Below, piece by piece: positions 1 through 11,470 of a stretch of DNA of 64,000 nucleotides. The stretch's first letter is position 1. Each line of letters starts with the position of its first letter. The DNA comes from Octopus sinensis. Lineage: Eukaryota. Below the pieces are notes generated by a model. The model worked only from the letters and a program-made list of their open reading frames with translations. It had not been told where the DNA came from and did not search any database. Location of the stretch: the NCBI RefSeq assembly GCF_006345805.1, contig NC_043005.1, positions 97,216,001 to 97,280,000 of the forward strand. Reading direction: 5' to 3'. The translations under genes and the position numbers were made by a program.

Positions 1-16
1 TCATAGTTATCCTCTT

Positions 17-158
17 TCATACATACATACATGCACACATACATACATGCATACATACATACATACATACATACATACATACATACATACATACATACAT
101 ACATACATACATACGTGCATACATACGTATGTATGTATTTGTATGTATGTGTGTGTGT
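17..158. repeat. (CATA)n/(TATG)n microsatellite
   Basis: Direct reading of tandem CATA units. Confidence 0.95.
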
Positions 159-561
159 ATTCTTTTATTCTTTTACTTGTTTCAGTCATATGACTGCGGC
201 CATGCTGGAGCGGCACATTAAAGGGTTTAGCCGATGAAACCGATCCCAGGACTTATTCTTTGTAAGTATAGTACATATTTTGTCGGTGCCTTTCTGTCGA
301 ACCGCTTAGTTACGGGCAAATAAACACACCGGTAACGACCGTCAAGCGATGTTGGGGGACAAAGACAGACGCATTAATATATATATATATAACATACGAC
401 AGGCTTCTTTCAGTTTCCGTCTACCAAATCCACTAACAAGGCTTTTGGTCAGTCCGTGGTTATAGCAGAAGACACTTGTCCAAGGTATTACGCAGTGGGA
501 CTGAACCCGGAGCTATGTCGTTGGGAGGTATGCTTCTTACCACACAGCCACACCTGCGCCT
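159..561 (-). mobile_element. tRNA-derived SINE family A (octopus OK/OR-like), full length
   Basis: Reverse complement of the copy at 3969-4385: head aggcgcagg..tggctgtgtggtaag, B-box-like ggttcagtccc, tail ggtgctccagcatggccgcagtc..gaaacaagtaaaagaataaaagaata. Confidence 0.85.
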
Positions 562-676
562 ATGTATGTATGTATGTATGTATGTATGTATGTATGTATG
601 TACACGCCTGCTCATGTATGTATGTGTGTGTGTGTATGTATGTATGTCGGTGTGTATGTATGTGCGTATGTATGTA

Positions 677-1311
677 CTAGCAGTATCGCCCGGCGTTGCT
701 CGGGTTTGTAAGGGAAATAACTATATAAGCATTTTTAGAGAGTTATAGCCAAAAAATAGCAAAAAATGCATTAAAAATGGAAAAAATATGATGGTAATTT
801 TTTTTTAAATCGTTGACTCATCGTAGACATTTTTAGAGAGTTACTTCCCTTATATAATAGCGAAAAAATGCATTAAAATGGAAAAAAAAACGATGGTAAA
901 TTTTTTTTTAAATCGTAGACTCATGTAGACGCTTTCTTAGCCATTTCTGTTTTGGTGTCTTCAAGCCATGAAGTCGTTGTTCTAAAAGAACACTGGTCTC
1001 CTTGACAACGCATTACGACGTTGATTTCCTTACACTCCCTTCCCCACAGGTGCAGGTGTGAGCGTGGACGCCAACTCCGCCGCCATCGACACACGAAAAA
1101 TTATGCATTAAAATGGAATAAAAAATTATGTTAAATATTTTTAAATCGTAGACTCATCGTAGACGCGCGCTAATATTCAGACGGGCTCGATATGAATCAC
1201 GACTATAAGCTACCCGAATTTGGTTAAACTGTACCGCAAAATGTGGGAGTAGTTAGGAATCTAAATCGAAGGGGACAGACACTCACACAACTACAGTTTT
1301 ATATATATAGA
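677..1311 (-). mobile_element. Non-autonomous Helitron
   Basis: Minus-strand 5' end A|TCTATATATATAAAA (1311). 3' end: hairpin CCCGAGCAACGCCGGG (704-689), then CTAG|T (680-677). AT target, no TSD. Confidence 0.8.
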
Positions 1312-1334
1312 TATACATAGCGCAGTAGTGGTGA

Positions 1335-1665
1335 GATGTGACAGCAAAGAAAAGCATACATTCACTCTCTGCATGCAATTAGACTCGGAAAGTTCGTGAG
1401 GAACCCATTGACCCAATTTGCTGACTTTTCCGATAGCACACAGGTGTCAATGAATGGTTGAATGACCAAATCCAAGCTTCTCTGCTAGTTCCTCAACAGT
1501 TACGATGATATTTTGTTCCACCAGGGTTTTCAGGATGTCCTTGTCGAGTTCTACAGATCTTTCAGGATGAGGCTCGTCTTCTAGGCTGTAGTTTATGGCT
1601 CGGGATTTCTGGAACCACCATTGACACTGCCTTACGCTTATTGTCCAATCCCCATATACTGCATT
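1335..1665 (-). mobile_element. mariner transposase fragment (HTH region to WVPHEL linker)
   Basis: ORF 1447-1749: TISVRQCQWWFQK..SLEDEPH..VTVEELAEKLGFGHSTIH. Continues after a stop into KVSKLGQWVPHEL. Confidence 0.85.
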
Positions 1666-1747
1666 AATATTTCTTGTACTTTGCACACATTTATATTCTG
1701 TTATTCTTTTATATGTTTCAGCCTTGAGGTTGTGGCCATGCTGGATC

Positions 1748-1995
1748 ATGTGTGTGTGTGTGTGTGTGTGTGTGTCTATCTGTCTGTCTGTATGTATATA
1801 TATGTATATGTATGTGTGTGAACAATAATATTTTCAACAGATGTGTTGCAAATGTATCTGATTGTTCTCAAGCTTCAATACTGTGTGTGTGTGTATGTGT
1901 GTGTGTGTATGTATGTATGTATATGTATGTATGTATGTATATGTATGTATGTATGTGTGTATGTATGTATGTGTGTGTGTATGTATGTGTGTGTA

Positions 1996-2026
<31 letters not shown>

Positions 2027-2050
2027 ATGTATGTATGTATGTATGTATGA
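1748..2050. repeat. Compound (TG)n/(TATG)n microsatellite
   Basis: Direct reading. Confidence 0.9.
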
Positions 2051-2159
2051 GTGTATGTTTACTTTATTACTAATTACTCTCTTCCAAGAACATTTTCACT
2101 CACTCTTAGCTCTTAGCTTCCCATACATTTTACTCATGTATCTATCAGCGTCATAGACA

Positions 2160-2473
2160 GAATACTTTCACTTTAGTCTTCCTCAAATCACTCTGTCGCT
2201 ATTTACTTTCATTTTATTCGTTGCCCACTGTGTGTGTGCGTTTGCGTGTGGTGTAAACCAGACTAAGAAAAGCATTTGACACACACACCAGAATGTGATT
2301 TTTCTGTAAATTTTGCTTAATTGGAGTTTAAATTTTAAAAACTGGACCTGGCATGACGCGATGCATTGTACTCTTAAAAATGGTAGGTAAATTGTAATTG
2401 AAGAAATCCTATATTGTAGATTTGTATAATTCCCAAAGGGAGGCAGATAAAATCTGCCTTTTATAATAAGAGA
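2160..2473 (-). mobile_element. Helitron-like 5' terminus with adjacent internal sequence; left boundary uncertain
   Basis: Minus strand begins A|TCTCTTATTATAAAAGG, resembling the 5' end at 1311. No nearby CTAG/hairpin 3' end of its own. Confidence 0.45.
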
Positions 2474-3580
2474 TGTATGTATGTACGTACGTACGTATGT
2501 ATGTATGTATGCATGTATGTATGTATGTATGTATGTACGTACGTACGTACGTATGTATGTATGTACGTATGTATGTAAGCATATATGTATGTATGTATGT
2601 ACGTACGTATGCATGTATGTATGTATGTATGCATGTATGTATGTATGTATGTATGTATGTATGTATGTATGTATGTATGTATGCATGTATGTATGTATGC
2701 ATGTATGTATTATGTATGTATGTATGTATGTACAACCCTGCTCATGTATGTATGTATGTGTGTGTATGTATGTATGTCGGTGTGTATGTATGTGTGTATG
2801 TATGTGTGTATGTATGCATGCATGTATGTATGTATGTTGAGATAACGCCATTTAATTAGTAGTAATTATCTTGCTATTTTAATTATGCTGCTATTTTAGA
2901 CAATTAGATGCGAGATGTTATGATACTCCGGGGTGAACAGGGGCGGAGATAACGCTTCAGAAGAGACATCATACAACTATGTCGGTGCCTCTGTGTGTAT
3001 GAGTGTGTGAGTGTGTGTGTATGTGTGTGTGTTTGCGTGTGTGTGTGTGTGTATGTGTGTGTTTGTGTGTGTGTCTATGCTTGTGTATACGCATGTGTTT
3101 ATATGTGTGCGTTTGCATATGTATGTATGTTTGGATTTGTGTTTGTGTATTTCTATATCTGTGTATTTTGTACGTATTTGTATTTGTGTATGTGTCTCTG
3201 TGGGTGCGTGGTATGCATCTATGTATGTGCTTCTTTGTATGTAAGCGTGTGTGTATATGTGCGTAGTAATTGTATGTGGAAATTTCTTTGTACATGTATA
3301 TGTTTGTGGATGTGTGGATGCCTATGTATGCATTTCTCTTACGTGTGCGAATATGTATGCGTATGTGTGTGAGTGTGTGTATTTATGTATGTATTTCTTC
3401 GCATGTAACGTACGTGTAAATGTATCTTATTATAAGTGTGTGTACAGGCATGAGCATGCGTACAAGCGTGTATACGTGTGCGTATGTGTGTGTGCATACC
3501 TGCGACCATGAACGTGTGTGTGTATGTATCAAGTAACACACACACAAACACACACAAATACACGCACACACAATGTGTAT
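2474..3580. repeat. (TATG)n and degenerate (TG)n microsatellite blocks
   Basis: Direct reading; interrupted by a short unique stretch at about 2840-2990. Confidence 0.9.
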
Positions 3581-3841
3581 TATAGTTGGATGGATGGATG
3601 GATAAAGTTGTTTACTGTGATTACGAAGCACGACAATCTGAATGGAAACCTTGTCGCGCTCTGAGAGCAATCCAATTAGAGTCACACGGTTATTCGTTGA
3701 TCTCCTATCCACAAAAGATTATAGACACCCACAAATTTTAAAATCTAATTCATCTGTTTCATCACAATTCTTTGACGAATGGTCACATGAAACTCTGGGT
3801 AACAGTTTGTGAAGTTTTATCGGCTTTAATAAAATAGCATA

Positions 3842-3877
<36 letters not shown>

Positions 3878-3933
3878 TGTATGTATGTATGTATGTATGT
3901 ATGTATGTATGTATGTATGTGTGTATGTATCTA

Positions 3934-3968
<35 letters not shown>

Positions 3969-3969
<1 letters not shown>

Positions 3970-4385
3970 GGCGCAGGAGTGAGTGTGTGGTAAGTAGCTT
4001 GCTAACCAACCACATGGTTCCGGGTTCAGTCCCACTGCGTGGCATCTTGGGCAAGTGTCTTCTGCTATAGCCCCGAGCCGACCAATGCCTTGTGAGTGAA
4101 TTTGGTAGACGGAAACTGAAAGAAGCCTGTCGTATATATGTATATATATATGTGTGTGTGTGTGTATTTGTGTGTCTGTGTTTGTCCCCCTAGCATTGCT
4201 TGACAACCGATGCTGGTGTGTTTACGTCCTCGTCACTTAGCGGTTTGGCAAAAGAGACCGATAGAATAAGTACTGGGCTTACAAAGAATAAGTCCCGGGG
4301 TCGATTTGCTCGACTAAAGGCGGTGCTCCAGCATGGCCGCAGTCAAATGACTGAAACAAGTAAAAAAATAAAAGAATAAAAGAAT
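3969..4385 (+). mobile_element. tRNA-derived SINE family A, full length
   Basis: Pol III A/B-box-like head, internal TA/TG microsatellite, tail ending taaaagaataaaagaata. About ten further copies or fragments in the window. Confidence 0.9.
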
Positions 4386-4675
4386 ATATATCCGTATGTG
4401 TGTGTGTATGTTTGTGTGTGTGTGACTATGTATGTATGTATGCATGTACATACATACATAAACATACACAGTATTTCTTTCCGAATTAGAATTTTTCCTA
4501 CTTTCACTTTTTAACATCATCCATTTTATATTTGTTAATAATATTGCAGCAACCCCCGCGAGATCTCGATAAAAAAAAAGGGGTTATTTAAGCATGAAAG
4601 AAAAAAGCAGATTTCGGTGCAAAGATTAATGAACGATGGGATAAACTACAAATTAATAGGGTTCGTGTGTGTGTG

Positions 4676-4713
<38 letters not shown>

Positions 4714-5449
4714 CTCTGTGTGTGTGTGTGTGCGTGCGTGCGTGCGTGTGTGTGTATGCGTGTGTGTGTTGATGCAATATATGGTAGTAAACACCTCTCC
4801 GGTTCATTACTGTCTCAATAGGTGTTTTAAGATGTTAACTTCATGGATCACGATTTACCGAAACTACAGCAATAAAAATCTGCACGTTGTGGAATTCGAC
4901 GGTAAACAAATCAGTGAGAAGAATATCATCCTTAAATTGCCAAATAACATAAGTAAAAACGTAATTAAGGTATTGAAGGTTGAGCAAACAAGAAAATGCA
5001 CGAAGCTTTGCTTCATGGCATATTTGCAAAGTGATTTTGATAAGAACAAAGTACGTTCTGCTTTTAATGAAAACTAGTGTTAGGTCATTGGCAAATACAC
5101 CTGTAGCTCAATTAACGAAATTAACGTTCCACGTAATTATTACTTTCTTTCTTTTTGTTTCGTTGTCAGAAATTTCGTTATCGGGGAGAACAAAGCATTT
5201 TATGCACATACGGTCTTTTAATTGGCAGAAGTATACATTTATTTAATGTACAGTAGGTTCATAATACCTCTGCATGTGTAAAGATAGAATTCTTTGATCA
5301 AAGCTCTATATATAATGTTATCAAAAAACATGCACACACTTTAGTTTACGCAGCAAGTAAAAAAAAATACCAAGCAATAAAAAATATATATTCTACTACA
5401 TTTTGCAATATTTTTATGGTCTTAAACGTGCGCGCTCACACACACACAC

Positions 5450-5487
<38 letters not shown>

Positions 5488-5754
5488 ATTGATTAAGGAA
5501 ACTGAAGGTGAATTTAGTACGAATCTTTATTCAACACGACGATCGTTTCGACCCATCCTGCATCTGTCCCTTTGGGGTAGGATATTGCGCATCTAGTTGT
5601 TTTGCATTAATCAGTGCACTGATTATAAACTCAACAGTCTCTGCCGATTTCCTGTCGTAGATCCAGTGACAATTATATCGTAACTGTGGATGACATCAGG
5701 TGGATGTGCTTTAATCGACATACTAATAGAGATATATCTAAAGTCCAAGTAGTT

Positions 5755-5808
<54 letters not shown>

Positions 5809-5810
5809 AC

Positions 5811-8563
5811 ATGCCTGACTTGCACTCCTTCCTCCAACACATCAATCCCTTCTTTGCCGTTTTCTTGCTCCACCCACCCCCCAATGCTTGCAACCCGCAA
5901 AAAAACTTTCTCACTTACTTTTTAAAAAATCTCGCCACTCTAGCCATCTCTCCTTTCTTAGCCGTTGCCTCCGCCATCACGTCACATCCCGTGGCTTCCT
6001 CTTGAAGTTCCACCCCCCCCCTATTCCTACCCCCCTCATCGAACCCACCCTCGCCCGCACTTCCCGCCTCCTCATCCATGCCACCATCCGTTCCACCCGC
6101 TCCCTCCTTCACTCTCTTGACCACCAACTTCCCCAGGCTTACCTCCTTCTCTCCTCCCTCTGCCCTCCACTCTTCACCCAACCCATTCTCCGCTTCATTC
6201 TTAATCTCAACCACCAACTCCACAATTTCCTCACACACAAAAAACAAAAAACTCCACCACCTCCTCAACCCTTCACCTACTTCCCCTCCCACATCCCCTA
6301 CACCCTCCCCTCCAGCTCGCCCGACATTCTCCAATCCCGCACCCACCACGTCCTTCCCCCTGCACCCTCCACAGACCCACATACACCCCACCCTGACTTT
6401 CCTACCCCTACCCCATCTTCACCCAACCATTCCAACCCTCCTCCCTACACCTCTGCACCCCCTCTTCCTGACCCCGCTCACCCCACCACCCTGCTCCCTC
6501 GCATTGTTGTCACTATACCCCCCAACCTCCCCCTCTCCGCTTCCGAGCGCTCTCTCCTCAGTAGGGGACTCCGCTTCACGCCTCTCACGCCCCACTGCGA
6601 CGAATTTGAGACCCGTACCGACGTCAACCAGCTCCTGCGCCGCATCAAACTTTGCGCGTTTTTCCACACGTCCACACAACGTCACGACAATCAGGATTGC
6701 TTTTCGGAACTAGGTCGCCGCCCATCCAACTGGACGCCGCCTCCAAGCCAATTCAGTAGCCTAGATTTGTTTGTGCACGACTGCAATGCGTTGGTCAACC
6801 GATTTAATTTCAAAAAAGACCTCACTCGTGCTGAATTGATTGCACTTCGCAACATCCGTCCCCGCAATGACATTGTCATCAAACAGGCAGACAAAGGCGG
6901 AGCAGTGGTGGTGTGACGCGCGGACCTATACAGGGAGGAAGCGCTGAGCCAACTTCAAAATCCCCTCTTCTATCGCCTCCTCCACTCCAATCCCACCTCC
7001 TCCTACCAACAGCGAGTGTCCTCCACCATCCACGACCTCATCTCCTCTTCTGCTCCCCCCCACCGCCACCAACCTCATCGTCCGTACACCCCGCACCTCC
7101 ACCATCTATTTCCTTCCCAAAATACATTAACCCAATAACCCTGGCCGCACCATCGTTTCTGCCTGTAATTGTCCCACCGAACTCATTTCCCAATACCTTG
7201 ACCGCATCCTGTCCCCTTTAGTTGCTTTACACTGTGATTCTCCACAACGACGGTCTCTTAGCCCTCCAATACTTCCTCGGCCGTCGCCCTGACTCCACAC
7301 CCAGCCCCCCCTTCTCCGCCTGGCAGAGCTCGTCCTCACCCTCAACTGCTTTGCGTTCGCCGGGGACAGTACCAATAGTTGTCTGGGGTCGCGATGGGAA
7401 CAAGAATGGGCCCCAATTTCGCCAACCTCTTTGTTGGCTACATTGAGGCCCAAGCATTCTCCCAATTCTTCGGGCCGACCCCAGAGCTATACGGTCGCTA
7501 CATAGACGACTGCATAAGTGCCACCTCCCTCTCCCACGAACAACTCTGCCACTTCATCTCTTTCCTCTCTAACTTCCACCCCTCTCTCCAATTCACTTCT
7601 ACTATTTCTAATACCTCTGTTAACTTCCTCGACATCTCTCTTAGCATTGACCACCCCTCCCACTCTCTCACCACATCCGCCTTCTTCAAACCTACGGATT
7701 CCCACCTCTACCTCAACTTCTCCTCCTCCCATCCCTTCCACACCAAACGGGCCATCCCCTACTCCCAGTTCTTCCGCGTCCGACGCTTGTGCAGCCGTGA
7801 CCAGGATTTTGAGACCCAGTCACAGTACCTGGCCCGCCTGTTCAGGCATCAAGGATACCCCCAACCCTGGTCCAGAACGCCCTTGCCCGCGCTCGTCGAA
7901 TCGACCGCACCACCGCCCTTTCTCCTTCCTTTCACCAACCCCCTAACCGCACCCCCTTTCCCCTCCTTTTCCACCCCTCCACTCTACCCCTTCGTCGAAG
8001 GATACTACGAGCCTTCCGTCGTCTCCAGCTCGATCCCACCACCCGCCCCATTTTCCCCAACCCACCCTTGTCCTCCTTCAAACGAGCCCGGAACCTACGC
8101 GATCACCTGGTCCGTAGCACCTTCTCCTCTTCCCCCTCAGCCCCACATGGATCCTTCCCGTGCTCCAGATCCCGCTGCAACACCTGCCCCTTCATCACCA
8201 ACACCACTGCTGTCACCGGCTCCAACCAGCGAACTGTACGTATTAGACATTCTTTTACGTGCACTTCGTCTGGCCTCATTTACTGTATAAAATGCAACCT
8301 CTGTGGGATACTTTATGTAGGACAGACGGGCCGCCGACTGGCCGATCGGTTCGCCGAACATCCAAAGGGATGTTCGGCTACGTTCCAACTCTCCCGTCGC
8401 CCGTCACTTCTGCTTGGCCAACCATTCCCCCTGTAACATCTCTGTGTTTGGTCTCGCCCCACACAACGGACCTCCACAATCCAGGCTTCACCTGGAACAA
8501 CGATATATATTCAATTTACGGACAAATATCCCGCACGGACTTAACACAGCTCCCTCCTCTTAG
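5811..8563 (+). mobile_element. Penelope-like retroelement, Neptune type (RT + Cys linker + GIY-YIG), frameshifted
   Basis: LLSRGLRFTP, IVIKQADKGGAVVV, GVAMGTRMGPNFANLFVG, RYIDD, HPFHTKRAIPYSQFFRVRRLCS, linker CSRSRCNTCPFI, endonuclease GLIYCIKCNLCGILYVGQTGRRLADRFAEH. Several stops and frameshifts. Confidence 0.9.
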
Positions 8564-8754
8564 TGACTGCCTCTACACCTCCCGCAACAAGCAACTTTAT
8601 TTCTTCTTTCTTCTCTTCTCTTTTTTCATTTTCTTTCCTTACATGCAATTACGTCTTTTATATTGGTCCAACTTCCTTTTACTTTATTGTTTTATAATTT
8701 TTTTGTTTTTTTATTGTTTATAATTTATTGTTTTTATAAATTATTGTTTTTATA

Positions 8755-10165
8755 CACGAACACATACACACACATACTCACGTATCCACGAACACACACA
8801 TACCTCCCACACCCCACACACATACAACACACATACATGCACATATACGCACACATACTTCCACACACATACACACACGCATACATACATATATAAACAC
8901 ACCCACATACACCCACGTGCACACATATATGCGCATACACACACACACGTACACAAACGTACACACAAAGAGGAATGCACAGAAACCTATCCCACCCAAC
9001 CCCACGCACACACACATACCTTTAGACACACACACATAAACGTACACAGAACCACATACACGCACATACTCAAGCACACGCGCGTACACACAATAAAATT
9101 AACACAACCTGACACATGTCTCCACGTTCACACACACATATACACACTCACGCACACACACACATGCACTCACGCACATACACATACACGCACATACATA
9201 CGCACATAATACACGCACATACACATATACACACGTACATACACACACACCAGCACAGATTCCCACATATACCTCCAACAAACAATACTCATACAGATAT
9301 GCACACAATTATACACACATGGGCACATAACACACACGCACACACACGCACATACACGCACGTAAGCACACACACGCACACAAGCACGCGCACGCACATT
9401 ACGCCTACACAACTCCCAAAACCCACACACACACACGCATACACAAATTCACACACACACCTATACATATACATACACACAATATATGCCTACACGCGCA
9501 CACACACATACACATATGTATACAGATATAGACACAGACACACACACTCACACGCACACAAAAACATGCGCACACATACGAACGGACACACGCACACGAA
9601 TGCACATACCTAACATTCACAACCCCACGGATACACGTATATACACCCACATACGCTTACACATACACACATACACACGCACACATACACGCACACACAA
9701 CTACACGCACATACGACACGCACGCACATACATACACACATACATCCCATACACACAGCACACAATGATACATACACGCACACAATTATACATACATGTG
9801 TACACACATACGCACGTACAAGCACACACGAACACACACACATACATACACACACACACACACTGCAAACAAAACGCACACAAAATACATATACATACAC
9901 GCACACACACACACATACTTCAAACTACCAGTACCTCTCACTGACCATTCTTCCACATGGGTAGACACAAGAGCCACTCCTAATTCCTTCTTCCTTGACC
10001 TTTAACAATACTAAGCCCTACCACACACATAGATTAACAGCCACAACCACACACACACACACGTGTTATCATTGCATACATACACACATACACACACACG
10101 CACACGCAGACCTGCGCGCACGCACATATTCACACTTACACACACATACCTCCTCTTGCACTCTC
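8755..10165. repeat. 1.4 kb degenerate (CA)-rich low-complexity tract
   Basis: Direct reading. Confidence 0.9.
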
Positions 10166-10216
10166 CTGTCTTTGAAAGAACTTTTTCTTCATCCATTCCC
10201 TTCCGGTCATTCAAAA

Positions 10217-10357
10217 TGTGACCGCGCGTGTACCGTTGGCGATTTTTTTTCATCCGTCTTCTCTTCTTTGGATCTTTCCTTATCCTATGTTTCTGACGAA
10301 GAGCTACGCTCGAAACGTTAAACCCTCCTTCTTTCCTTCCTTCCTGAGCGTCCAATA
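10217..10357 (+). mobile_element. Hammerhead-bearing short repeat family H1 (PLE pseudo-LTR or retrozyme-like), 3'-truncated
   Basis: Alignable by eye to 12570-12778 and 33286-33482 (both minus strand). Confidence 0.7.
10289..10323 (+). ncRNA. Minimal type I hammerhead ribozyme motif
   Basis: GUUU-CUGACGA-A-GAGC(UAC)GCUC-GAAA-C-GUU-AAAC: stem I GUUU/AAAC, conserved core, stem II hairpin, palindromic ACGU stem III, NUH site GUU. Confidence 0.75.
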
Positions 10358-10531
10358 TCTCTCTAACCCATGTCAGCATGGAACATAGACGTTAAGTGAA
10401 ATGTTAAAAGAAAGTTTTCAACTTAACGTCTATGTTCCATGGGTTAGAGAAATATTTATTTAGAAAGTTGGCATCGCAGTTGAGACCTGCGTAATCTAGA
10501 CGGTGTTTTAAAATTTCATTTTTCTCCTTAT

Positions 10532-10559
10532 CCTGAGCAACGCCGGGTATTTCTGCTAG
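10532..10559 (+). mobile_element. Orphan Helitron 3' terminus
   Basis: CCTGAGCAACGCCGGG hairpin then CTAG|T; nearly identical to the 3' end of the Helitron at 677-704. Confidence 0.65.
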
Positions 10560-10879
10560 TTGTACATATATATTTACAACACATAAACACACACATGCGT
10601 ACATACATGTACACACATCATGCATGCATACACACACTCCAACACACACGCACACACACATGCACACAAACGCACATACACACACACACGCACGCACCCA
10701 CACACACATATGCACGCACACACATGGTTGGGCAAGTTATCTGGCTTGATTTCATTACTTTCTGCCTCATATCCATTAGGCCATATTTCGTAGGATCAAT
10801 TTAACCGGTGCGTATTTTTATTCCTGCATGAGCAAATAATCGCAGCGGGTGGATAGGTACATATGGAAGTACTTGCTTC

Positions 10880-11470
10880 TTGCTAGGCCTAGAACTAAAG
10901 CTAACTTAAGATTGTTCATGTTAAACAGTTTCCTGTGGTTATTAATCCTAAGAATGCTTTAATATTAGCTTTGGCATTTATCAAATATGCAAGTGTGAAC
11001 AGGATGATATTGCGACGTTTTTCCTTTTGTGTGTTGGGGACCTCGGTGAGGGTCACAGAAAATCTCTTTGAAACCAAAGGTTTCTGTTGTAATATAGAAA
11101 AGGTTTATCGAAAAATGACATTATTGTAAGATACATTGAAAATTTTTCTGAAGTTATTTTCGACCAATATCTCGAACATTATCTTGTGAGGGAACAGCAG
11201 CTAGTTGATACAGGTGAACTTAGCACGCGGTTTTCTAAATGGTTTTCCCGAATTATTAAGTAGGTTTAAGGGAACCTCCAAGAAATTTACTCTTGTTAAA
11301 TCGACCTCTATTGCAATTCTTAGTAAGATTTCAACATCACGATGAATTTTTCCTCAATCTAACTCGAGAGTGAGTATTCGTACACCTTTTGTGCGGCTAA
11401 CACATCTCTGCATGAACCGAAGAGCAGTTCATTTATAAGTAGAACCTTTGAGATAATGTTGGGCTTTGAT
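10880..11470 (-). pseudogene. Decayed Penelope-like RT/thumb fragment, Naiad-like
   Basis: Manual translation gives LRIAIEVDLTRVNFLEVPLNLLNNSGKPFRKP and KRRNIILF..KLFNMNNLKL, matching the VNFLDVT/PFRKPN and RNIIWFNPP motifs. Confidence 0.55.

Noticed and set aside
3969-4045. tRNA genes at SINE heads (also 54131 and 55255)
   Set aside because: A/B-box-like motifs run into SINE bodies and no complete cloverleaf is present.
4780-5077. Open frame MLTSWITIYRNYSNKNLHVVEFDGKQ.. as a host terminal exon
   Set aside because: No recognisable homology and only a weak acceptor; needs BLAST or RNA-seq.
10880-11470. Selenoprotein-coding Naiad
   Set aside because: The relic is too degraded to tell Sec UGA codons from nonsense mutations, and no SECIS was recognised.
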